Sequence record: SRR22947727_843 | Strand: one strand, 5' to 3' | DNA length: 45,062 nt | In this document: positions 8,959 through 17,167 of the stretch, one piece after another | Layout: every line of letters starts with the position of its first letter | Numbering within the stretch: the stretch's first letter is position 1 | The notes under the pieces: generated by a model | Databases searched by the model: none | What the model was told of the DNA's origin: nothing | What the model saw: only the letters and a program-made list of their open reading frames with translations | Program-made: the position numbers and the translations under genes

Positions 8959-8986
8959 ATATAAGCGCGTCTAGGCTGACACCAAG
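8959..8986 (-). promoter_or_regulatory. RpoH (sigma32)-type promoter for hslO
   Basis: CTTG-N17-CTTATAT on the minus strand matches the alphaproteobacterial RpoH consensus CTTG-N17/18-CYTATNT, upstream of a heat-shock gene. Confidence 0.7.
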
Positions 8987-9000
8987 TTTTGGAGAGACGA

Positions 9001-9441
9001 TTGCTACGTTTTGGCACCACACCAGATCCCAATCGCCGCTACACGCGGCGCCCCGGCGCCTATGCAATTTTGCCCCATAAAGGAGGGCTTTTGGCCACCT
9101 ATCAAGGGGGACGAAATCAGGAATATCAATTGCCTGGCGGCGGTATAGATCCGGGCGAATCACCTCTCCAAGCGTTGCATCGTGAAGTATTTGAGGAAAC
9201 CGGTTGGCGCATCACACAGCCTCGGGTGTTTTTTCGTTTTAAAGTTTTCAGCTTTATGCCGGACTACGATCTTTGGGCGGAAAAGATTTGCACCATCTAT
9301 GTCGCGCACCCCGTGTATCAAAAATCGGCTCCCTCCGAACCAGACCATCATCCCGTGATTTTGCCCGCTGACGCGGCCCTAAACCATCTGGCCAGCCCGG
9401 GCGATCGTCAGGCCGTGGCACAGTTTTTCGGCAAGAGATAA
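9001..9441 (+). CDS. Nudix hydrolase
   Basis: Nudix box LPGGGIDPGESPLQALHREVFEETG. TTG start at 9001 follows GGAG; 8989 is an alternative start. Confidence 0.85.
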   Translation: MLRFGTTPDPNRRYTRRPGAYAILPHKGGLLATYQGGRNQEYQLPGGGIDPGESPLQALHREVFEETGWRITQPRVFFRFKVFSFMPDYDLWAEKICTIYVAHPVYQKSAPSEPDHHPVILPADAALNHLASPGDRQAVAQFFGKR

Positions 9442-9449
9442 CCCAAGCC

Positions 9450-10685
9450 TTAGATAATCAAATCCACCATCGCCTCATCTCCAGTGATGTCCCGAATTGA
9501 CATTCCAGCCGCTTCAAGCCGCTCCGATAAGAGCGCAAAATTCTCTGGCTTTGAGGTTTCAATTCCAAGCAAGACAGTTCCGAAGTTGCGCGCTGATTTC
9601 TTGAGATATTCAAAGCGCGCAATATCATCATCCGGTCCCAAAAGACCCAAGAAATCCTTAAGCGCCCCAGGTCGTTGAGGCAGACGCAAGATAAAATATT
9701 TCTTCACACCGGCGTAGCGCTGGGCGCGCTCTTTCACCTCTGGCAATCGTTCAAAATCAAAATTGCCTCCCGATGACACACAGACCACGGTTTTGCCTTT
9801 GATCTTGTCTTTTAGATCCTTCAGGGCGTCCAAAGCCAAAGCCCCCGCGGGCTCCAAAACAATTCCTTCTGTATTCAGCATATCCAAAATTGTGGTGCAA
9901 ATTCGATCTTCGGGGATATCCAAAACATGATCCGCATCAATACCTTTTAACGCAGCAAAGGTATTCACGCCCATCTTGGCCACCGCCGCCCCATCAACAA
10001 ACGTATCCACCTGCTCCAGCGCAATAGGGGCGCCGGCCTGAACCGCAGCGGCCAGGCTTTTGCCCCCACTCGGCTCAACATAAAAGATTTCAGTCTCAGG
10101 AGCGCGCTCTGACAGCAAACGCCGCGCAGAAGAAGACAGACCTCCGCCGCCCACAGGCACCACAAAAACATCTGGAGAGCGGCCCAATTGTTCGAGCATC
10201 TCATAGGTGACTGTCGCCTGCCCCTCAATCACATCGGGATCATCAAATGGCGACAGAAAATGCCCGCCAACTTCCGCGCAATAGGCTTGGCTGGCGCGAA
10301 GCGTGTCGTCAAAATAGTCACCCACCAATTGCACCTGCACCCACGCGCCCCCAAACAGTCGTGTCTTGCGAATTTTTTGTTCCGGTGTGGTCACTGGCAT
10401 AAAAATTACGCCTTTTTTCTGCAAATGCCTGCAAACATAGGCGACGCCCTGCGCATGATTTCCGGCGCTGGCACAGACGAACACGTCTTTATCCGCCTGT
10501 TTGCCCATGGCATTAAATGCGCCGCGCAGTTTATAGGAGCGCACAGGCGATAGATCTTCTCGCTTCAGCCAAATATCCGCATCATAGACATTCGAAAGAT
10601 GATCATTGCGCTGGAGCGGTGTTGCAGGAAACAACTGGCGCATGCGCTCGGTGGCCTCAGCGGCTTGGTTGCTAAAATCTGTCAT
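9450..10685 (-). CDS. ilvA: Threonine ammonia-lyase (biosynthetic, short regulatory domain)
   Basis: KREDLSPVRSYKLRGA (PLP Lys), ASAGNHAQG, VGGGGL, EPAGAL, SGGN and C-terminal LPQRPGAL. Confidence 0.95.
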   Translation of the reverse strand: MTDFSNQAAEATERMRQLFPATPLQRNDHLSNVYDADIWLKREDLSPVRSYKLRGAFNAMGKQADKDVFVCASAGNHAQGVAYVCRHLQKKGVIFMPVTTPEQKIRKTRLFGGAWVQVQLVGDYFDDTLRASQAYCAEVGGHFLSPFDDPDVIEGQATVTYEMLEQLGRSPDVFVVPVGGGGLSSSARRLLSERAPETEIFYVEPSGGKSLAAAVQAGAPIALEQVDTFVDGAAVAKMGVNTFAALKGIDADHVLDIPEDRICTTILDMLNTEGIVLEPAGALALDALKDLKDKIKGKTVVCVSSGGNFDFERLPEVKERAQRYAGVKKYFILRLPQRPGALKDFLGLLGPDDDIARFEYLKKSARNFGTVLLGIETSKPENFALLSERLEAAGMSIRDITGDEAMVDLII

Positions 10686-10846
10686 GACAGATTAGTGGCT
10701 CAAACTGCGAAATTGCGCAAGTTATCTGGCCTGCGGCGGATTATGCAACTGGCTTTATAAAATTGCTCTGCACCAACTTGCCGTGCAAACAAAAACCATA
10801 TACCTCCGCGCCGACCACACTTTGCCACATTTGGATTGGAAAACGC

Positions 10847-12064
10847 ATGTCAGCCCCTAAGAAAGTTGTCCTGGCCTATTCGGGCGGACTAGACACCTCG
10901 ATCATCCTCAAATGGTTGCAGACCGAATATGGCTGCGAAGTGGTGACATTCACGGCAGATTTGGGTCAGGGTGAAGAGCTCGAACCCGCCCGCGCCAAAG
11001 CCGAACTGATGGGCGCCTCCTCAATCTATATCGAGGATGTGCGTGAAGAATTTGTCCGCGATTTTGTGTTCCCTATGTTCCGAGCCAATGCGCTTTATGA
11101 AGGTCTGTACCTGCTGGGTACCTCCATTGCGCGCCCATTGATCTCCAAACGCCTGGTTGAGATTGCACAGCTCGAAGGGGCAGATGCTGTTGCCCATGGC
11201 GCGACCGGCAAAGGCAATGACCAAGTGCGGTTTGAGCTGGCCGCCTACGCATTGAACCCCGATATCAAAGTCATCGCCCCCTGGCGTGAATGGGATCTTT
11301 CAAGCCGTACCAAGCTGATCGATTTTGCCGAGAAAAACCAAATCCCAATCGCCAAAGACAAGCGCGGCGAAGCGCCGTTTAGTGTTGATGCCAACCTGCT
11401 GCACACCTCTTCGGAAGGTAAGGTCTTGGAAGACCCGGCCATTGAGGCACCCGATTACGTCTATCAACGCACCGTCAATCCCGAGGATGCACCCGACACG
11501 CCAGAATATGTTGAGATTGGCTTTCAAGCCGGGGATGCTGTCTCAATCAACGGCGTTGATATGTCCCCCGCAACGATTTTGACCGAGTTAAACCGGCTTG
11601 GCGGTCAACATGGCATCGGGCGGCTTGACCTGGTCGAGGGTCGCTTTGTGGGCATGAAATCCCGTGGCATTTACGAAACCCCTGGCGGCACATTGCTGCT
11701 GGAGGCCCATCGCGCCATTGAATCCATCACCTTGGACCGCGGCGCGGCCCATCTCAAAGACGAATTAATGCCAAAATATGCCGAGCTGATTTACAATGGC
11801 TTTTGGTTTAGCCCTGAGCGCGAAATGCTTCAGGCTTTGATTGATAAGTCCCAAGAGCATGTCACCGGAACTGTGCGTCTGAAGCTCTATAAAGGCTCCG
11901 CCCGCACGGTGGGCCGCTGGTCAGATTACAGCCTGTATTCTGAAGCGCATGTGACGTTTGAAGATGATGCGGGCGCCTACGATCAAAAAGATGCTGCTGG
12001 CTTTATCCAGCTCAATGCCCTGCGCCTCAAGCTCTTGGCTGCGCGTAAAAATCGGATCCGTTGA
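10847..12064 (+). CDS. argG: Argininosuccinate synthase
   Basis: [31 protein letters not shown] and [12 protein letters not shown] motifs. Start at MSAPKK. Confidence 0.97.
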   Translation: MSAPKKVVLAYSGGLDTSIILKWLQTEYGCEVVTFTADLGQGEELEPARAKAELMGASSIYIEDVREEFVRDFVFPMFRANALYEGLYLLGTSIARPLISKRLVEIAQLEGADAVAHGATGKGNDQVRFELAAYALNPDIKVIAPWREWDLSSRTKLIDFAEKNQIPIAKDKRGEAPFSVDANLLHTSSEGKVLEDPAIEAPDYVYQRTVNPEDAPDTPEYVEIGFQAGDAVSINGVDMSPATILTELNRLGGQHGIGRLDLVEGRFVGMKSRGIYETPGGTLLLEAHRAIESITLDRGAAHLKDELMPKYAELIYNGFWFSPEREMLQALIDKSQEHVTGTVRLKLYKGSARTVGRWSDYSLYSEAHVTFEDDAGAYDQKDAAGFIQLNALRLKLLAARKNRIR

Positions 12065-12081
12065 TCCGCGGGAGCAGGCGG

Positions 12082-12792
12082 TTATTTGGCAGCCTGCAGC
12101 TGCTCATAGATCGCCTGCGCTTGGTGCCATAGCGCGTCATAATCGGCATCAACTCTTGGCGCGGGACCTGGTGCCGGTCCAAATCCAGTTGAGCGATGCA
12201 CGGCGTCATACCAATGGGCCGCCCAAATACCATCCTGCGCCCGCGGCCCAGCAGGCCAGTGTAACATCGCAGGGTCAAAGGCAATTTCCAGCCGCAGGCA
12301 GAGCTCCATAAGCGCAGATTTTGGATCGGCTAAAATATCATCGCTGTCGATCACAACCGGGACCTGACCCAGCGCCACGCAATGATCAAAAATTTTCTTT
12401 TGTTGCACAAACCCGAGGTCGTATAGAGTCACATCCGCGCGCTTGCGGGCATAGCTGGCGATCACCCTCGCGGGATCACGAATGAGAAACACATTGCGCA
12501 GCTGCGCCAGCAGATCCATCGGGAAATGGTCCAGCATATGATGGGTCATGTGTTTTTGATACCAAATCGCCGCACCACCTGGCACAGGGCCGGACAGCTC
12601 GGCACTCACCTGCACAGGATCACAAGCCATACTTGCCATGATTTCAGCACGCATCGGATGGTCCGCATTGGAATGATGAAGATAGGCGCCATAAAACGGC
12701 TCATCTACAACCCGCGTATCCGCCCGATTGCCAAAGGCATACATCATCGCCGTCGACAGGTTGCGCGGACCTGACCACATGGCGATCTTCAT
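12082..12792 (-). CDS. Sulfotransferase-like P-loop protein associated with a class IV aminotransferase
   Basis: WSGPRNLST resembles a 5'-phosphosulfate-binding loop and LIRDPxxVxxS a 3'-phosphate motif; DEPFY and YQKHM are also present. ATGA overlap with the upstream gene. Confidence 0.75.
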   Translation of the reverse strand: MKIAMWSGPRNLSTAMMYAFGNRADTRVVDEPFYGAYLHHSNADHPMRAEIMASMACDPVQVSAELSGPVPGGAAIWYQKHMTHHMLDHFPMDLLAQLRNVFLIRDPARVIASYARKRADVTLYDLGFVQQKKIFDHCVALGQVPVVIDSDDILADPKSALMELCLRLEIAFDPAMLHWPAGPRAQDGIWAAHWYDAVHRSTGFGPAPGPAPRVDADYDALWHQAQAIYEQLQAAK

Positions 12793-13697
12793 GCGCAGAC
12801 CTGGGCGATGAGGTCCTGATACAACCCCCGAATACGGCAGGTGATTGGCCCCATATCGCCGTCACCGATGGGGCGGCCATCAATCTCGATCACAGGGGTT
12901 TGCGCACCGAAGGTTCCGGTCAGGAAGGCCTCCTGCGCGCCATAGGTGTCCACCAAGCTGAAGTTGCGCTCAAAAACGGGGATGTCATGGGCGCGGCACA
13001 GATCAATGACCTTTTGCCGGGTGATGCCGTTCATGCAGTAATCTCCCGTACTGGTCCAAACCGCACCATCGCGCACAATAAAAAAGTTGCAGGCATTGGT
13101 GGTATTCACAAACCCATGCACGTCTAACATCAAAGCCTCATCCGCTCCGGCCTTTTGTGCCGCGATACAGGCCAAAATGCAGTTGAGTTTAGAATGCGAA
13201 TTTAATTTTGGATCCTGCGTCATGGGCAGGCCCCGCATATGCGGTACAGTGGCGAGACGAATGCCACGGGGAAGGCTGGGCTTTGAATGTTCCATTATTA
13301 TGGTAAATGTGGGGCCAGATTGTGACAGGTCTGGATGCTGAAACGGGCGGATCTTCACCCCGCGCGTGACCATAAGCCGAGCGTGCGCATCGCTCTGCAT
13401 CCCATTGGCCGCTTGCGTATCGCGCAAGGCCCGCTCCACCCCATTGCGATCCATACCAATATCAATATCCACGGCCTTTGCCGCCTCAAACAAACGGTTC
13501 AGATGTTCATCCATGAAGGCCCATGTGCCGTTATAAAGACGCAACCCCTCCCAAACCCCGTCCCCAAGCATAAACCCGCTGTCATATACGCTGACCAAGG
13601 CACGCTCTTTGGGCAGCAATTGCCCATTGAGGTAAATCAAAATGTCTTCATTGCGGGCATCTTCCGCAGCTTGGTGGGTTGTTACATGATCTGTCAT
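12789..13697 (-). CDS. PLP fold-type IV (D-amino-acid/branched-chain aminotransferase-like) protein
   Basis: YLNGQ, DSGFMLGDGVWEGLR, HLNRL, RLMVTRG, DEALMLD, GITR and EAFLTGT motifs. The catalytic region is atypical (see findings). Confidence 0.85.
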   Translation of the reverse strand: MTDHVTTHQAAEDARNEDILIYLNGQLLPKERALVSVYDSGFMLGDGVWEGLRLYNGTWAFMDEHLNRLFEAAKAVDIDIGMDRNGVERALRDTQAANGMQSDAHARLMVTRGVKIRPFQHPDLSQSGPTFTIIMEHSKPSLPRGIRLATVPHMRGLPMTQDPKLNSHSKLNCILACIAAQKAGADEALMLDVHGFVNTTNACNFFIVRDGAVWTSTGDYCMNGITRQKVIDLCRAHDIPVFERNFSLVDTYGAQEAFLTGTFGAQTPVIEIDGRPIGDGDMGPITCRIRGLYQDLIAQVCA

Positions 13698-13703
13698 ATC
13701 TCA

Positions 13704-13732
13704 AGCCTAGGCTGAGAGGCATTTCGAGCCAA
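13704..13732 (-). promoter_or_regulatory. Candidate sigma70-family promoter giving a leaderless transcript of the aminotransferase-like gene
   Basis: TTGGCT-N17-TAGGCT, then 6 nt, then the ATG at 13697. No clear SD sequence. Confidence 0.5.
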
Positions 13733-13786
13733 GAGGGAAAACTCACAAGGACGGGTGAAACACAGCAAGAGGCTCAAGCCCATCAC

Positions 13787-14662
13787 TCAGGGGGCGAATT
13801 CCATCACCTCTTGCAGGTTTGGAATAGCATCCGCTGTGCCGGATCGTGTAACCTTGAGGGCTGCGGCGCGGTTGGCACAGGTTAAGGCTGTTTGGGGGTC
13901 GTCTCCCAATGACAAACGCCCTATGAAATAACCACAGAAAGTGTCGCCTGCTCCGGTGGTGTCCACGGGAATGACAGGGATTCCAGCAACCTCAAACACC
14001 TGATCTGCTGAAAAATCATGATAGGCGGCACCTTTTGCGCCATAGGTAATGAGCATTCCATCGAGCCCAAGGCTGGCTAAACTGGAGATGCGCAGATCCT
14101 GTTGGAGCGCTTTCACCTCATGTTCATTCGCGCATAGGATATTCACAAATGGCAAAACCTCTGCCACAGCCTTCGCCTCGAAGGGTGCCGCTGAATAGAC
14201 CACGCGCGCAGCTTGAGCGCGCGCCATTCGGGCGGCATAGACTTGATGCGCAGTTTCATTTTGCATCACCAGCCAATCCCCCGCACCGATCGGGGCCAAC
14301 CATTGGGTGAGCTGCGCTTCACTCATCGCCGTATTGGCTCCAGAAAATAGGGTGATGGCGTTTTCACCATCAGCGGCCACCGTGATGATGGCGTGGCCGG
14401 AAGCGCAGGACAGGCGGGCAATTGAATCGCGCGCGACACCCAAAGCAACAAGCCGCTCGAGCAGCCAATCCCCATCGCGGCCCACGGCTCCCAAATGCAC
14501 CACATCCGCACCGGCTTGAACCATAGCCACAGATTGATTGGCCCCCTTGCCGCCCAGGCCTTGATCCAAATCAGTCGCCGCAAGGGTTTCACCAGGCGCC
14601 GGAATATGACGCACCTGGTAGAAGTAATCGGCGTTGATGGAGCCGAAATTGTAGACCGTCAT
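13787..14662 (-). CDS. rbsK: Ribokinase / PfkB family sugar kinase
   Basis: GSINAD, GGKGANQ, ANEHE and DTTGAGDTF motifs. ATGA overlap with maeB. Confidence 0.85.
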   Translation of the reverse strand: MTVYNFGSINADYFYQVRHIPAPGETLAATDLDQGLGGKGANQSVAMVQAGADVVHLGAVGRDGDWLLERLVALGVARDSIARLSCASGHAIITVAADGENAITLFSGANTAMSEAQLTQWLAPIGAGDWLVMQNETAHQVYAARMARAQAARVVYSAAPFEAKAVAEVLPFVNILCANEHEVKALQQDLRISSLASLGLDGMLITYGAKGAAYHDFSADQVFEVAGIPVIPVDTTGAGDTFCGYFIGRLSLGDDPQTALTCANRAAALKVTRSGTADAIPNLQEVMEFAP

Positions 14663-16914
14663 CTGATATTGCAGGCGGCAATGGCCGCCATATTGAGGAT
14701 GTCATTCACCGAAGACACGGTCGAGCAAATTTGAATTGGCTTATCGATGCCTGTCAAAATTGGACCGATGACAGTGGCACCACCCATTTCCTGCATCAAT
14801 TTCACTGAGATTGATGCCGAATGCCGCGCTGGAACCACCAAAACATTGGCCGGGCCAGTGAGGCGGCTGAACGGGTATTTCTTCATCTCATTGACGTTGA
14901 GCGCCACATCCACAGCCATCTCGCCCTCAAATTCAAAATCAACCCCACGCTTTAACAAGACATCCGGAGCAATGCGCATTTTTTCAGCGCGCTCTGAAAT
15001 CGGATAACCGAAGGTCGAAAAGCTTACAAAAGCCACCCGCGGATCCAAGCCCAAGGCACGCGCCACGCCAGCACCACGTTCGGCAATATCGGCAAGGTCG
15101 TTTTCATCAGGCCATTCATGAACCAATGTGTCAGCGATCAAAATGATTTTGCCTTTTGACAAAATAGCCGTCACCCCAACCGCGCCATCATGTGGGCCCA
15201 CGTCATAAACATGGTTGATCAATTCCAAAACATGCGCTGACTTGCGTGTAACACCCGTCACCAAACCGTCGCCATGTCCATGCGCAAGCATCAAAGATCC
15301 AAAAACGTGACGATCCCGGGCAGCAAGGCGATGCACATCGGTTGTATCAAAACCTTTGCGTTGCAGGCGCTGGTAGAGGTAGTTTTTGTAATCTTCCAAA
15401 TGTTCTGTGTTGGCGGCATTCACCACTTCCAGCTCACCGGCCGCATCACCCAGCCCCGCTGCGTCTAATCTTTGACGCACATCGCTTTCCCGACCCACGA
15501 CAATTGATTTTCCAAAACCCTGGCGTTGATACAAGACAGCAGCGCGCAAGACCCGCTCATCATCACCTTCGGCAAAGATAATCCGAGCCTGCGACGACCG
15601 TGCGCGCGCATTGATGCCGCGCAAAATGCTCGCGGTGGGATCCATGCGGGTTTTCAGGGACAGCTCATAGCCATCCATATCCACAATCGGCCGGCGGGCA
15701 GCGCCTGTGTCCATACCTGCGCGCGCAACTGCGGGAGGAATGCGGTAGATTAAACGTGGATCAAAGGGGGTTGGGATAATGTAATCGCGGCCAAAACTCA
15801 ACTTCGTGCCATAGGCCAAAGCCACCTCATCTGGCACCTCTTCACGCGCTAAATCCGCAAGCGCACGCGCACAAGCAATCTTCATTTCGTCATTAATCGC
15901 TCTGGCGTGAATATCTAATGCACCACGGAACAAATACGGGAAACCCAATACATTGTTGACCTGATTGGGATAATCCGACCGCCCCGTGGCCACGATCGCA
16001 TCTGGACGCACGGCATGCGCCTCTTCGGGTGTGATCTCAGGGTCTGGATTTGCCATAGCAAAAATCACTGGATCGGGGGCCATGCTTTCCACCATTGCTG
16101 GGGTCACGGCGCCTTTGACGGAAACACCCAAAAACACATCTGCGCCCGCCATAGCGTCATCCAAACTGCGCAACTCTGTTGAAATAGCATGGGCCGATTT
16201 CCATTGGTTCATACCCTCAGTACGTCCCTGATAAATCACGCCCTTAGTGTCGCACACAATGCAGTTGTTATGTTTGGCACCCATAGATTTTAAAAGTTCA
16301 ATACAGGCAATGCCAGCAGCACCGGCACCATTCAAAACAATTTTCACGTCCTGAATTTTCTTGCCAGACAGGTGCAAGGCATTGATCAGGCCTGCCGCGC
16401 AGATCACGGCCGTGCCGTGTTGGTCATCATGAAACACCGGAATATCCATGACCTCTTTCAAGGCTTGCTCGATGATAAAACACTCCGGTGCCTTAATGTC
16501 TTCGAGGTTGATGCCGCCAAAGGTCGGACCCATGAGCTTCACAGCATTGATAAATTCTTCGGGGTTTTCGGTGTCCAGCTCAATATCGATGGAGTTCACA
16601 TCTGCGAAGCGCTTAAACAAAACCGCCTTGCCCTCCATGACCGGCTTGGAGCCCAAAGCCCCAAGATTACCAAGACCCAATACCGCTGTTCCGTTCGAAA
16701 TCACCGCTACAAGGTTGCCTTTGTTGGTATAGTCATAGGCCAATTCAGGATTATCTGCGATGGCCAAACAGGGCACCGCAACACCTGGCGAATAGGCCAA
16801 GGAAAGATCACGCTGTGTTGTCATTGGCACAGAGGCGGTTATCTCAAACTTACCAGGCGTTGGCTCCAGGTGGTAGGCCAGCGCATCAGCGTCTGTGACT
16901 TTGTTATTGGGCAT
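14659..16914 (-). CDS. maeB: NADP-dependent malic enzyme with C-terminal PTA-like domain
   Basis: LSLAYSPGVA, KPVMEGKAVLFK, FHDDQHGTA, GAGAAG and ATGRSDYPNQVNN motifs; PTA-like half with FAEG and GPILTG. Confidence 0.96.
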   Translation of the reverse strand: MPNNKVTDADALAYHLEPTPGKFEITASVPMTTQRDLSLAYSPGVAVPCLAIADNPELAYDYTNKGNLVAVISNGTAVLGLGNLGALGSKPVMEGKAVLFKRFADVNSIDIELDTENPEEFINAVKLMGPTFGGINLEDIKAPECFIIEQALKEVMDIPVFHDDQHGTAVICAAGLINALHLSGKKIQDVKIVLNGAGAAGIACIELLKSMGAKHNNCIVCDTKGVIYQGRTEGMNQWKSAHAISTELRSLDDAMAGADVFLGVSVKGAVTPAMVESMAPDPVIFAMANPDPEITPEEAHAVRPDAIVATGRSDYPNQVNNVLGFPYLFRGALDIHARAINDEMKIACARALADLAREEVPDEVALAYGTKLSFGRDYIIPTPFDPRLIYRIPPAVARAGMDTGAARRPIVDMDGYELSLKTRMDPTASILRGINARARSSQARIIFAEGDDERVLRAAVLYQRQGFGKSIVVGRESDVRQRLDAAGLGDAAGELEVVNAANTEHLEDYKNYLYQRLQRKGFDTTDVHRLAARDRHVFGSLMLAHGHGDGLVTGVTRKSAHVLELINHVYDVGPHDGAVGVTAILSKGKIILIADTLVHEWPDENDLADIAERGAGVARALGLDPRVAFVSFSTFGYPISERAEKMRIAPDVLLKRGVDFEFEGEMAVDVALNVNEMKKYPFSRLTGPANVLVVPARHSASISVKLMQEMGGATVIGPILTGIDKPIQICSTVSSVNDILNMAAIAACNIR

Positions 16915-16934
16915 TGCAACACTCCGTTTAGAAT

Positions 16935-16952
16935 TAGTTTAATATTAAACTA
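16935..16952. promoter_or_regulatory. Perfect 18-bp palindrome, candidate operator
   Basis: TAGTTTAATATTAAACTA equals its own reverse complement and covers the maeB -10 element. Confidence 0.6.
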
Positions 16953-16970
16953 TCTGTTTCGCTGGTGCAA
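16942..16970 (-). promoter_or_regulatory. Sigma70-type promoter for maeB-rbsK
   Basis: TTGCAC-N17-TAATAT on the minus strand; SD GGAG at about 16922-16925. Confidence 0.65.
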
Positions 16971-17167
16971 TTCAATTTTAGCAGAGCCCCTATATAGAGG
17001 ATCTGCGCCGTCTAGGCCTTGAGCCATTGCCCATCGACCCTGCGCCACCTTCGCGCCAGAATGAACCACCGCCAACCAGAGGTCAAACCAATTCAAAATC
17101 CATCCCGATGATCGCTTTCTTTCGTCGCAAGTTTTGCCTAATACTTGCCACAAATGGAGATCAATCT

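Noticed and set aside
10777-10801. CTTG...CCATAT upstream of argG resembling an RpoH promoter
   Set aside because: The spacer is about 3 nt too short for the consensus, and argG is not an expected heat-shock gene.
17027-17167. Long N-terminal extension of MutS in the ORF track (similarly for argG, cca, parB, secB, addA and the LDT)
   Set aside because: Downstream starts have SD sequences or stop/start overlaps and match where the families begin.
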